Shown: positions 48,999-57,934 of the stretch, one piece after another
How positions within the stretch are numbered: position 1 is the first letter of the stretch
Layout of the letters: each line of letters opens with the position of its first letter
Assembly (NCBI GenBank): GCA_015233395.1
Contig: JADFXV010000002.1
Coordinates: forward strand, 8,425 to 72,424
DNA length: 64,000 nucleotides
From: Desulfovibrionaceae bacterium
GTDB taxonomy: Bacteria > Desulfobacterota > Desulfovibrionia > Desulfovibrionales > Desulfovibrionaceae
Reading direction: 5' to 3'
Notes under the pieces: model-generated
Databases searched by the model: none
What the model saw: the letters and a program-made list of their open reading frames with translations, nothing else
What the model was told of the DNA's origin: nothing
Made by a program: the position numbers and the translations under genes

Positions 48999-51275
48999 TT
49001 ACTCCCCGGACTCGGGCTCGGGGCCGGGTTCGATGGGGCGGAAGTATTTGCAGGTTTTTTCCGGGCAGGCGAGGTGTTCGCCCCGGGTTTTGGTGGTTTT
49101 GCGCACCAGCACAGGCGAGTCGCATTGGGGGCAGTGTTCGGCGATGGGCCAATCCCAGACCGCATAGTCGCACTGGGGATATTCCGAACAGGAATAGAAC
49201 ACCTTGCCGCGTTTGGAGCTTTTTTCCACCAGTTCGCCCGTGCAGCCCGGGCGCGGGCACTTGACGCCGGTGGAAAACGGACGGGTCTGCTTGCATTTGG
49301 GATAACCAGAGCAGGCGATGAACCGGCTGCCGGTGCGGGCTTTTTTCTGGTGCATGTCCTTGCCGCAATCCGGACATTTTCCGGCCACGACCGGGGCCTC
49401 GACGACCTTTTCCTTGGTTTGGATCTGGCCGTCCTCGGACTTGCCGAAGTTTGTTGTATACTTGCATTCGGGGTAGTTGGAGCAGGCCAGAAATTCGCCC
49501 CAGCGGCCGAACTTGATGACCAGCGGCTTGCCGCACTGGGCGCAGGCCAGGTTGGTCTCCTTGCCGGCCTTGACCTGGGCCATGTCTTTGCCCGCCTTGG
49601 CCAGGGCCGGATAGAAATCGCCGGTGAACTCGCGGATCAGGCCGACCCAGTCCAGGCCTCCCTCGGCCACCTTGTCCAGGGCCTCCTCCATCCCGGCCGT
49701 GAACCCGACATCCATGATCCGGGTGAAATGCTCGGCAAGCAGATCGCTGACCGTGGAACCGAGTTCGCTGGGCACGAAATGCTTTTCTTCGAGCCTGGCG
49801 TATTCCCGCGCGGTCAGGGTGGAAATGATCGCCGCATAGGTCGAAGGCCGGCCGATCCCCTTCTCTTCGAGTTCGCGCACCAGCGAGGCCTCGGTGTACC
49901 GGGCCGGAGGCTGGGTGAATTTCTGCTCCTTGGTCAGTTCCGCCAGGTCGAGCTTCTGCCCCTTGGCGAGCGGCGGCAGATTGCTGGCGGCGTCCTCTGC
50001 GTTGTCGGATGTTTGGCCCTGGATCTTGAGGTATCCGGCGAAGAGCAAACGCTGGCCCGCAGCCCGCCAGCCGGTGTCGCCGGCCTCGATCGCCACCGTG
50101 GTGTCCCAGAACTTGGCCTCGGCCATCTGCGAACTCATGAAGCGCTCCCAGATGAGCTTGTAGATCGCGAACTGGTCCTTGGGCAAAAGCGATTTGAGCT
50201 CGCCCGGAGTAAGCGCCGGATCGACCGGGCGAACGGCCTCGTGCGCGTCCTGCGCGCTGCCCTTGGTCTTGTAGACCCGGGGCTTGGCCGGGTAATACTC
50301 CGGGCCGAGAGTGGCGACGATGTGCTCCCGGGCCGCGTCCACCGCTTCCTTGGCGACGCGCACCGAATCGGTGCGCATATAGGTGATCAGCGCCACGGTG
50401 CCGCGCTCGCCGAGCTCCACGCCCTCGTACAGGCGCTGGGCCGTGCTCATGGTTTTCTTGGCGGTGTAGCCCAGGCGCTGGTTGGCCGCTTGCTGCAAGG
50501 TGGAAGTGATAAAGGGCGGCGGCGGAGCCTTGGAACGCTCCTTCTCGGCCACCGAAGCGACGGCGAACGGCTTGCCCGCCACCATGGCCTCGACCGCAGC
50601 AGCCGCAGCGGCGCTGCCGATCACGGCCTTCTTGCCGCCGACCTTGCTCAGATCGGCGACGAACTCCATCCCGTCCTTGGCGCGCAGCCGGGCCTTGAGA
50701 TTCCAATATTCCTCGGGGACAAACGCCAGGCGCTCCTTCTCCCGATCCACAATCAACCGCAAGGCCACGGACTGCACCCGGCCGGCGCTGATGCCGCGCT
50801 TGACCTTTTTCCACAAAAGCGGCGACACCTTGTAGCCGACCAGCCGGTCGAGAATGCGCCTGGCCTGCTGCGACAAAAAAAGCGGCTCGTTGAGCGCGGT
50901 GGGATGCGCCAGCGCCTCGGTCACCGCCCGGGCGGTGATCTCGTTGAACTGAATGCGGCTGACGCTGGTGTTGACGTCCTTGATGAGTTCGGCGACATGC
51001 CAGGCGATCGCCTCGCCCTCGCGGTCCGGGTCGGGAGCGAGATAGACGTGAGAAGCCTTGGCCGCGGCGCGGCGCAACGTCTCGACCACCTTCTCCTTGC
51101 CGGCGATGACCTCGTACCGAGGCGCGAAATCCGCAGCCTCGTCGACGCCGAGCGTCTTGGTCGGCAAATCGCGAACATGGCCGACGCTTGCCTCGACGCA
51201 ATATTTGCCGCCGAGAAATTTCTTAATGGTCTTTACCTTGGCCGGGGATTCAACAATAATAAGATCTTTGCCCAT
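48999..51275 (-). CDS. topA: DNA topoisomerase I
   Basis: TOPRIM start MGKDLIIVESPAKVKTIKKFLG. Active-site region ITYMRTDS. C-terminal CxxC zinc ribbons. Start trimmed to ATG 51273-51275. Confidence 0.95.
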   Translation of the reverse strand: MGKDLIIVESPAKVKTIKKFLGGKYCVEASVGHVRDLPTKTLGVDEAADFAPRYEVIAGKEKVVETLRRAAAKASHVYLAPDPDREGEAIAWHVAELIKDVNTSVSRIQFNEITARAVTEALAHPTALNEPLFLSQQARRILDRLVGYKVSPLLWKKVKRGISAGRVQSVALRLIVDREKERLAFVPEEYWNLKARLRAKDGMEFVADLSKVGGKKAVIGSAAAAAAVEAMVAGKPFAVASVAEKERSKAPPPPFITSTLQQAANQRLGYTAKKTMSTAQRLYEGVELGERGTVALITYMRTDSVRVAKEAVDAAREHIVATLGPEYYPAKPRVYKTKGSAQDAHEAVRPVDPALTPGELKSLLPKDQFAIYKLIWERFMSSQMAEAKFWDTTVAIEAGDTGWRAAGQRLLFAGYLKIQGQTSDNAEDAASNLPPLAKGQKLDLAELTKEQKFTQPPARYTEASLVRELEEKGIGRPSTYAAIISTLTAREYARLEEKHFVPSELGSTVSDLLAEHFTRIMDVGFTAGMEEALDKVAEGGLDWVGLIREFTGDFYPALAKAGKDMAQVKAGKETNLACAQCGKPLVIKFGRWGEFLACSNYPECKYTTNFGKSEDGQIQTKEKVVEAPVVAGKCPDCGKDMHQKKARTGSRFIACSGYPKCKQTRPFSTGVKCPRPGCTGELVEKSSKRGKVFYSCSEYPQCDYAVWDWPIAEHCPQCDSPVLVRKTTKTRGEHLACPEKTCKYFRPIEPGPEPESGE

Positions 51276-51313
51276 AGGACGGCGTCTATAGCCACCCTTC
51301 CGAGGTCTGGCAA

Positions 51314-51490
51314 CCCCCCGCCGGGGCCCCACCTGGGAACGGGGCGCTGCCCCGAGCCCAGCTGGGGCTCCGCCCCAGGCCCCGCCGGGGAATATATGGC
51401 GATTCAGTTTCTTTTCGATAACCTTTAAAGTTTTTTGGGGAAGGGGGGTCCGGGGGGAAACCCCTTTTGTTCACAAAAGGGGTTTCCCCC
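51314..51490. repeat. Mosaic repeat cluster in the divergent topA/era promoter region
   Basis: Units in order: GGGGCGCTGCCCC at 51341-51353; F unit in reverse orientation at 51362-51388; G6TCCG6 at 51443-51457; A unit GGGGGAAACCCCTTTTGT-TC-ACAAAAGGGGTTTCCCCC at 51453-51490. Confidence 0.9.
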
Positions 51491-51526
51491 GGATTCTCCC
51501 CTCACTCCCCCCCAAAAGGATTTCAA

Positions 51527-52441
51527 ATGTCACATCGTTTTGGTTTCGCCGCCTTGTGCGGGCCGCCGAACGCCGGCAAGTCGACACTGCTCAACGCCTT
51601 GTTGGGTCAGAAGGTGGCCATCGTCTCGTCCAAGCCGCAGACCACGCGCAACCAGATCAGCGGAATTTTGACCCGCGAGGGTTCTCAGATCGTGATCATC
51701 GACACCCCGGGCGTGATGCAGCCGAGGGCGACCTTGCACCGCTACCTGCTCGAATCGGCCTGGAACGCGCTGGCTCAGGCCGACGTGGTCGCCTGCGTGC
51801 TGGACGCGGGATTGTACGCCTCCAAGCCCGGGTTGCTCGACAAGGATCTCGCTCCCCTGACCGGGCGCATCGCGCTCTCGGGCAGGCCGGTGCTGGCCGT
51901 GCTCAACAAGATCGACGCCATCAAGGACAAGAAGACGCTCTTGCCGCTGATGGCCAAGACCGCGCAGATCTGGCCCGGTTCCCAGGCCCTGCCGGTCTCG
52001 GCGCTGCGCGAAAAAGGCCTGGACGATCTGGTCGCGGCCATGGAGGCGGCGCTGCCGGAATCGCCGCCCATGTTCCCGGACGACCAGCTCTCCACCCTGC
52101 CGGTGCGCTTCATGGCCGCCGAAATCATCCGGGAAAAACTGTTTCTCAAATTGCGCCAGGAACTGCCCTACGAAACCGCCGTGGAAATCGAAGACTGGCG
52201 TGAACCGGCCACGGCCAAGATGGCCACGCGCATCAGCGCCGTGATCTACGCCACCCGCGACAACCACAAAGGCATCATCATCGGCCATCGCGGCGAAACG
52301 CTCAAAGCCATCGGCACCGAGGCGCGCCTGGAAATCGAAGACCTCACCGGCGGCAAAGTCCACCTGGAACTCTTCGTCAAAATCAAACCCCGCTGGACCG
52401 ACGACCCGACGTTTATGAGGATGCTGGGGCTGGGAGTGTAA
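51527..52441 (+). CDS. era: GTPase Era
   Basis: GPPNAGKSTLLNALLG, DTPG, NKID and a C-terminal KH domain. Start trimmed to ATG 51527. Confidence 0.94.
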   Translation: MSHRFGFAALCGPPNAGKSTLLNALLGQKVAIVSSKPQTTRNQISGILTREGSQIVIIDTPGVMQPRATLHRYLLESAWNALAQADVVACVLDAGLYASKPGLLDKDLAPLTGRIALSGRPVLAVLNKIDAIKDKKTLLPLMAKTAQIWPGSQALPVSALREKGLDDLVAAMEAALPESPPMFPDDQLSTLPVRFMAAEIIREKLFLKLRQELPYETAVEIEDWREPATAKMATRISAVIYATRDNHKGIIIGHRGETLKAIGTEARLEIEDLTGGKVHLELFVKIKPRWTDDPTFMRMLGLGV

Positions 52442-52454
52442 GAGGAAGAAATCA

Positions 52455-52483
52455 GGGGGAACTTTTTTCAAAAAAGTTCCCCC
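52455..52483. repeat. A-unit palindromic repeat
   Basis: GGGGGAAC-T6-C-A6-GTTCCCCC. It begins 13 nt after the era stop. Confidence 0.85.
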
Positions 52484-52504
52484 TGCCCCCTCAAAAAACT
52501 TCAT

Positions 52505-52555
52505 ACGGGGCGTGATCGGCCGATTCGCAATGCGAATCGGCCGATCACGCCCCGT
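52505..52555 (+). terminator. 51-nt perfect hairpin followed by a T-rich tract, likely era terminator
   Basis: ACGGGGCGTGATCGGCCGATTCGCA-A-TGCGAATCGGCCGATCACGCCCCGT, with 25-bp arms, followed by TTCGTTTTTG. Confidence 0.6.
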
Positions 52556-52659
52556 TTCGTTTTTGATGGGGAGGGGAAGATATTTATGGGTGGAGAGAAA
52601 AATCTGGGATAGAATACAGCCGGATGCATGAAGGAGCGGCGCACAAATCGCCCTTCCCG

Positions 52660-52762
52660 GCCCCCTGTCGTGGGGGTCCGGGGGTCCAACTGCGAGTTGC
52701 GAAGGTCTTCCTTCGCTTACTCGCAGTTAATCCCCGGCGGGGTCTGGGGCGCAGCCCCCCCG
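52660..52762. repeat. Mosaic repeat cluster (E-half, G-unit, D, F-like)
   Basis: Units in order: GCCCCCTGTCGTGGGGGTCCGGGGG up to 52684; D unit at 52688-52728; CCCCGGCGGGGTCTGGGGCGCAGCCCCCCCGG at 52731-52762. It ends 5 nt before the MltD-like gene stop. Confidence 0.88.
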
Positions 52763-52767
52763 GCCGG

Positions 52768-54513
52768 TTATCGCTGTACTTTGATTTTGTCGCCGGGTTT
52801 GAGTTGGCTGGTTTTGTTCATGTTATTCCAGGCCATGAGCTGATTGGGGTCGACTTTGAATTTGCGGGCGATGCTGTAGAGGGTTTCGCCGCTTTCGACT
52901 TTGTAGTGTTGGAAGCTGGCGTGGACTTTTTCGGCTTCGCGGCGTGATTTTTCCTGGGCGGGCGCGCCGTTGTCCGGGATGGACAGCTTCATGCCGGCTT
53001 CGAGGTCTTTGGCCGAGCGGATGCCGTTGGCGGCGAGCAGGGTTTTGGCGTTGACGCCGGTATGTTTGCTGATGCCTTCGATGGTGTCGCCTTTTTTGAC
53101 GATATAGTTGGCGTGTTGCTGGGCCACGGCGCGCACGGTTTCGGCCGGACGGCCGGCGGCCGGGGTTTTGGGCGGGATCTGGAGGGCCAGTCCGGCTTCG
53201 AGGCGGTTGGCGCCGGGCCTGAGGCTGTTGGCCTGGCGCAGGCCGTGTTCGGAGACGCCGAAGCGTTTGGCCAGGGAAGCGACGGTGTCGCCTTTGCGGG
53301 CGCGGTAGGCCCCGGGCGGGCAGGAGTCGGCGGCGACGTGCCGTTCTTCGGCGCGCGCCTGGGCCAGGGCGCTGTCGGCGGCCAGACTGTCGCCCGGCAC
53401 GAGCACGGCTTGGCCCGCGCCGAGATCCTCGGGCAGGGCGCCGTTGACCTGGCGCAAGACATTGATCGGAATGCCGGTGCGCCGGGAGAGTTTCCACCAG
53501 GTGTCGCCGTTGTCGGCCAAGACGGTCTTGTAGCCGATTTTCGGCCGGGAATCCGGATCTTTCAGATAGGCCTGGGCCAGTTCGACTTTGGTTTTGGGCA
53601 CATAGACCACGTATTCGCGATCCGCCGGGCTGACTTGGCGGCGCAGGGCGGCGTTGTGGGCGTGGAACTCATCCCAGTTCATGTTGCAGGCCTGGGCCAT
53701 GGCCGCCAGATCGGTTCCGGGCGCGACCGCGACTTCTTCCATGGTCTGGCCCGCGTCCCATTTGACGGGGGCAAAACCCAGGGTGTCCAGGTTGCGGAAA
53801 ATTTTAAGCACCGCCAGGAACTTGGGAATATAATGCTTGGTTTCTTCTTTGAGCTGCCTGGGATCTTTGGCCAGGTCGAAGAAATTGGTGCAGCCGGTGG
53901 CGGCCATGGCGCGGGAAACTTTGTTTTCTCCGGCGTTGTAGGCCGCCAGGGCCAGATGCCAGTCGCCGAACATGGCGTTGAGCTCGGTCAGGTAATCGGC
54001 GGCGGCCATGGTCGCGAGATAGGGATTGCGGCGTTCGTCGACCCACCAGTCCACGGTGAGGTTGAAGCGCTGGCCGGTCGCGGGCATGAACTGCCACATG
54101 CCGCCCGCGCCCGCCGGAGAATAGGCGAGATTGTTGTAGCCGGATTCGATGAAAGGCAGGACGATCAGGTCGGCGGGCAGGCCCCGCGAGGCGAGCGCGG
54201 CGCGGACGTAAGGCAGGTAGGGAGCGGCGCGCTGCAGCCAGGCTTCCATGGTGGCGCGTTTGTCCTCGGCGAAATACTGCAGGAAGAGTTGAACTTCCTC
54301 GTTTTGCTGGTCGCCCAGGTCGAATTTGAGTTCGGTCTGGGTGGCCAGGACTTTCTTTTCGCGCTCGGTCAGCGGGCGTCCGCGCTTGATGTCGAGTTTT
54401 TCGAAATTTTGCAGTTCGGGATCGAGGTTGACGGCCTCGCTGTTTTCCTTTTTCTTGGCGCATCCGGAGGCGAACAGGGTGCATACGGCGAGCGCGACCA
54501 GGAATTTCTTCAT
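52768..54513 (-). CDS. MltD-like lytic transglycosylase lipoprotein with about four LysM repeats
   Basis: Lipobox LFASGC. SLT motif ESGYNNLAYSPAGAGGMWQFM. C-terminal LysM-like repeats such as YIVKKGDTIEGISKHTG and YKVESGETLYSIARKF. Confidence 0.88.
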   Translation of the reverse strand: MKKFLVALAVCTLFASGCAKKKENSEAVNLDPELQNFEKLDIKRGRPLTEREKKVLATQTELKFDLGDQQNEEVQLFLQYFAEDKRATMEAWLQRAAPYLPYVRAALASRGLPADLIVLPFIESGYNNLAYSPAGAGGMWQFMPATGQRFNLTVDWWVDERRNPYLATMAAADYLTELNAMFGDWHLALAAYNAGENKVSRAMAATGCTNFFDLAKDPRQLKEETKHYIPKFLAVLKIFRNLDTLGFAPVKWDAGQTMEEVAVAPGTDLAAMAQACNMNWDEFHAHNAALRRQVSPADREYVVYVPKTKVELAQAYLKDPDSRPKIGYKTVLADNGDTWWKLSRRTGIPINVLRQVNGALPEDLGAGQAVLVPGDSLAADSALAQARAEERHVAADSCPPGAYRARKGDTVASLAKRFGVSEHGLRQANSLRPGANRLEAGLALQIPPKTPAAGRPAETVRAVAQQHANYIVKKGDTIEGISKHTGVNAKTLLAANGIRSAKDLEAGMKLSIPDNGAPAQEKSRREAEKVHASFQHYKVESGETLYSIARKFKVDPNQLMAWNNMNKTSQLKPGDKIKVQR

Positions 54514-54763
54514 GCAACCTCCACGAAGTCGAGGCGGAAACCGTTACTGCGTCTGGTAAAATACGGGCTCGCCGGCCCAAGGCCGCAAACCCGGGAAAAG
54601 GGCATGTTCAGCGTGATGCCTTTGCTGGCTAGTAAAATCCAAGAAAAAATGCAAGTATTTATTTCGCCGGTTTTGCGTCCAATGCCCACGCATCGGCTAA
54701 CGCAACGCGGCGGGCACGAATGCGGCGGACTTTGATTCGCCGGACGAGGCAAAGGTGCACCCC

Positions 54764-55513
54764 ATGCAAAATGATTCGGATATCGTAACCGGACGCAAGC
54801 CGGTGCTCGAACTGCTGCAAGCCACCCCCTCCCGGGTCGGCCTGGTCGACCTGCAACAAGGCGCGCGCGGACCGGAAGTGGACGCCTTGCTGCAAATCTG
54901 CCGCAACCAGCGGATACGCTTCCGTTTTTTGGCCAAACCGGCCTTTGTACTGGCCCATCCCCAGGCGCGGCAAGGGGTTATCGCCCGAGTGGCGGCCAAG
55001 GAATTTTCCTCGCTCGCGGAACTTCTGGACACGGCGCGCAACGCTCCTTTGCCGGTGATCCTGGCCCTGGACCAGATTCAGGACCCGGGCAACGCGGGCG
55101 CCCTGGTCAGGACGCTGCTGGCGCTCGGCGGCGGCGGGCTGATCGCGCCCAAGCACAACACCGCGTTTCTGGGCGGCGGGGCCATGCGGGCTTCGGCCGG
55201 CGCCCTGGAACGGCTGCCGGTGACGCTGGCGGTCAATCTGGGCCGGACCCTGGAGGAATGCGCCGAGGCCGGATTCGCCGTATATTACGCGGGGCTTGGC
55301 GAGGACAGCGCCGACGTGTTCTCGGCCGCGCTTGCGCTGCCGGCGGTCCTGGCGCTCGGCGGCGAGGACAAGGGCGTGCGGCCGGGCGTGGCCAAGCATT
55401 GCCGGGGGGGGCTGCGCATTCCCCTGCCCGGCGGCTTTGATTCGCTCAACGTGGCCCAGGCCGGGGCGATCATTCTCGGCCAGTTCGCCAGGGTCCGCGC
55501 CGCCCGGGGTTGA
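54764..55513 (+). CDS. TrmH/SpoU-family RNA 2'-O-methyltransferase (RlmB-like)
   Basis: GRKPVLELL N-terminal domain. SpoU motifs LDQIQDPGNAGALVRT, LGGEDKGV and SLNVAQAGAIIL. Start is ATG 54764 or GTG 54755. Confidence 0.85.
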   Translation: MQNDSDIVTGRKPVLELLQATPSRVGLVDLQQGARGPEVDALLQICRNQRIRFRFLAKPAFVLAHPQARQGVIARVAAKEFSSLAELLDTARNAPLPVILALDQIQDPGNAGALVRTLLALGGGGLIAPKHNTAFLGGGAMRASAGALERLPVTLAVNLGRTLEECAEAGFAVYYAGLGEDSADVFSAALALPAVLALGGEDKGVRPGVAKHCRGGLRIPLPGGFDSLNVAQAGAIILGQFARVRAARG

Positions 55514-55604
55514 CACGCGCGCCCGGCGTTTTCGCCTGCCGGAAATACGAGTTGACCGGACACGTTTTTTTCTACATAGAAGGCGTACGCCGCATGATGG
55601 TGGA

Positions 55605-56024
55605 ATGCCGAAAAATCAGATCGGGGAGCAAGGCGTGACCGAGAAGAAAATCCTTGTCGTGGACGACGAGAAGCATATCCGGATGCTCTACCAGGAAGAA
55701 CTGGAAGGCGACGGCTACACCGTGTCCACCTCCGACGGCGCCGAAGCCATCCTCGACGTATTGGCCCGCGAAACGCCGCGTATCGTGGTCCTGGACATCA
55801 AGCTCGGCCCGAACCGCTCCGGCCTGGACCTGCTCCAGGAAATCCGCAGCAAGGACAAGGACATCCCGGTGATCCTGTCCACGGCCTACGACAGTTTCCA
55901 GCACGACCTCAAATCCATCGCCGCCGACTACTACGTGGTCAAATCCGTGGACCTGTCCGAACTCAAGGACAAGGTCTCCCGGGCCATGGACAAGGCCCTG
56001 AAAGCAACCCCGGCCGCCAAATAG
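55605..56024 (+). CDS. Stand-alone CheY-like response regulator receiver
   Basis: KILVVDDEKHIRMLY..IVVLDIKLGPNRSGLDLL..PVILSTAY with no output domain. Start trimmed from 55296 to ATG 55605. Confidence 0.85.
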   Translation: MPKNQIGEQGVTEKKILVVDDEKHIRMLYQEELEGDGYTVSTSDGAEAILDVLARETPRIVVLDIKLGPNRSGLDLLQEIRSKDKDIPVILSTAYDSFQHDLKSIAADYYVVKSVDLSELKDKVSRAMDKALKATPAAK

Positions 56025-56097
56025 CCTGCGCGCGCACCCCGGACGACTGTGGGGCCGAGTGCGCCGCTATTGCCGTCCCCGCGAAATCCTCTGTCCC

Positions 56098-56559
56098 TCA
56101 ACGCTGCTCGGGATCGCTCGTTCGCCCGGCGTCCGGCATGTTGCCGTTTGGGCTATCGACCACAAATGACAGCAATTTTTCTCCCAAAGCGGCCAGGTCG
56201 CGCAATTCGCATTCCCAGACGATGAGCGCCGACCACCCGCTGCGCGCCAGCGCGGCGAGATGCTCCGCGTCGCGGCGGCGATTGCGTTCTCTTTTCGAGC
56301 GCCAATAATCGACATTCGTAGCCGGTTCTCTTTTCCCGCGAGGGCAGTCGTGGCCGTGCCAAAAACACCCGTGGATGAAGATGGCTTTTTTTCGGCCGAC
56401 AAACGCCACGTCGGGTTTGCCTGGAAGGTCTTTGCGGTGGAGCCTGTAGCCTCGCAGGCCAAGGCCGCGAAGCTGGCGGCGCACGGTGAGTTCGGCAGAC
56501 GTGTTGCGGGAATGGACAGCCCGCATGGTGCGGCTTCGTTGCTCGGGCGATTCCGTCAT
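56098..56559 (-). CDS. vsr: Very-short-patch repair endonuclease
   Basis: 153 aa. RSRTMRAV.SRNTSAE..LPGKPDVAF...KAIFIHGCFWHGH.C are Vsr hallmarks. Lies 89 nt downstream of the C5-methyltransferase gene. Confidence 0.9.
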   Translation of the reverse strand: MTESPEQRSRTMRAVHSRNTSAELTVRRQLRGLGLRGYRLHRKDLPGKPDVAFVGRKKAIFIHGCFWHGHDCPRGKREPATNVDYWRSKRERNRRRDAEHLAALARSGWSALIVWECELRDLAALGEKLLSFVVDSPNGNMPDAGRTSDPEQR

Positions 56560-56648
56560 GGCGCCTCGTTTTCATCGAGCATGCCCGCGCGCGCCGGCGG
56601 TTCGGACGCCCTTTCGCAACGGAAGCCGAGGCGGGCGCTCTTCTTTTC

Positions 56649-57782
56649 TTAAGCCGTCTTCGCTTGAGGGTGCTCCACGATCGCTTGCGCGAGCGGCGTC
56701 AGCAAATTCCGCTCCAAGTAAGACACGACCGGGACGGCCAAGCCGTCGCCAATCAAGTGATACGCCTCATTGTACCTTTTGGGTAACCGGTAGTCTTCGG
56801 GCAAACCCATAAGGCGGGCGGCTTCGCGCGGCGACAGCAGCCGGGTGCGAACCGTTTGACCATGAACAAGTATGATCGTTTGCCGGCTCGACCCGCCCCG
56901 CGGCGCGCGCAAGCAACCGGCCACGTCGTCAAATCGCGCCTCGGCGCGGCACACGCCGTTGCGCATGCGTTTGTAAAGCGCGCCAATGCGCAACACGCCT
57001 TCCTTTTGGGCTGCGAGCACCTTCTCCCGATTCAAGAGCGACATCGAACGCAGCAGCGCTTGCGTTTCATCCGGCGTGCGCCAAATGACGCCTGCCGGCT
57101 TATCCTCTATGAGATCGGCAAAGACTGTTCGCCGTTCGGCCGGCGCGGGCAGGCTCCACCAGATCCAATGATCTTGCAGGCGCTCCGTCAGCCTGAATTT
57201 CGCTCCAACGAGGTTGCGCGGATGCCAGAACGCGTTCGGATCGGCGCGAGTGATCCCCTCGGGGAGCCTGACGCCGGAAGCAACCGCGACGATAAAAAGC
57301 CGGGGCCTGGACTGGGGCAGGAAATGAACGGCGTCCATCACCATGGCGCCGAAACGGTACCCGATGCGAACAATGGCTTTTGCAATCGCCGCGAAATCTT
57401 CGCCATTGTTCGAGGAGATCGCGCCGCACACGTTTTCAAGCACGATCATTCCCGGCGCACGCCCCGCATCATGGAGACCGCGCATGAGATTCCAAAAGGG
57501 CCAGAACGCCCCGCTTCTCTTGCCGGTCAGGCCTTCGCCGTTGCCCGCAAGCGATAAATCCTGGCACGGAAACGAGGCCCAGGCCAGCGCCGCCTGTCCC
57601 GGAAGGTCGTCTTCCCGCAACCGGCTTACGTCCGCGACGCGCAGTTGGCCGTCACCGAAACGCCGGCGGTAGGAGGCCGCCTTCTTCTCGTCGATGTCAT
57701 TGGCGAAGGTGCAGGTCCAATCCTCGCCCAAACCGAGGCGGGCCATGCCCGCGCCGGCAAAAAACTCGTAAAACTCAGGCAC
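56649..57782 (-). CDS. dcm: DNA (cytosine-5)-methyltransferase
   Basis: Motif I EFFAGAGM, motif IV SFPCQDLS, motif VI ENV, motif VIII QSRPRLF and motif X GDGLAVPVV. GTG start. Confidence 0.9.
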   Translation of the reverse strand: MPEFYEFFAGAGMARLGLGEDWTCTFANDIDEKKAASYRRRFGDGQLRVADVSRLREDDLPGQAALAWASFPCQDLSLAGNGEGLTGKRSGAFWPFWNLMRGLHDAGRAPGMIVLENVCGAISSNNGEDFAAIAKAIVRIGYRFGAMVMDAVHFLPQSRPRLFIVAVASGVRLPEGITRADPNAFWHPRNLVGAKFRLTERLQDHWIWWSLPAPAERRTVFADLIEDKPAGVIWRTPDETQALLRSMSLLNREKVLAAQKEGVLRIGALYKRMRNGVCRAEARFDDVAGCLRAPRGGSSRQTIILVHGQTVRTRLLSPREAARLMGLPEDYRLPKRYNEAYHLIGDGLAVPVVSYLERNLLTPLAQAIVEHPQAKTA

Positions 57783-57934
57783 ATTTCACTCCACGCCCAT
57801 GTCCGGCGGCGCCGGAACATGGTTCGCGCCGCCCGGCTTTCTCCTGAACGCTCGCCGCCCGCCTCGGACAATAAACCTGTCCGCCCGCGGCGCCGGGTCG
57901 CGCGGGGAACTTTTCCCGCCGGACTTCTCTCCCC

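Noticed and set aside
45933-51428. Very long plus-strand ORFs 45933..48596 (887 aa) and 48783..51428 (881 aa)
   Set aside because: They are antisense to fliN/fliM/fliL/yggS and to topA respectively. They cross intergenic repeat DNA and have shadow-frame composition.
29856-52728. Recurrent peptides in the ORF track (QLRVAKVFLRLLAV, AAKGARPLWNPI and similar) as a family of small proteins
   Set aside because: The same DNA units appear in different frames and orientations. They lack consistent starts or Shine-Dalgarno sequences and are perfect nucleotide palindromes. Conservation is at the DNA/RNA level.
56025-57934. Complete type II restriction-modification or other defence island around dcm
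   Set aside because: Only dcm and vsr are present. The flanking spacers (73, 89 and 152 nt) are too short for an endonuclease, and the neighbours are housekeeping genes.
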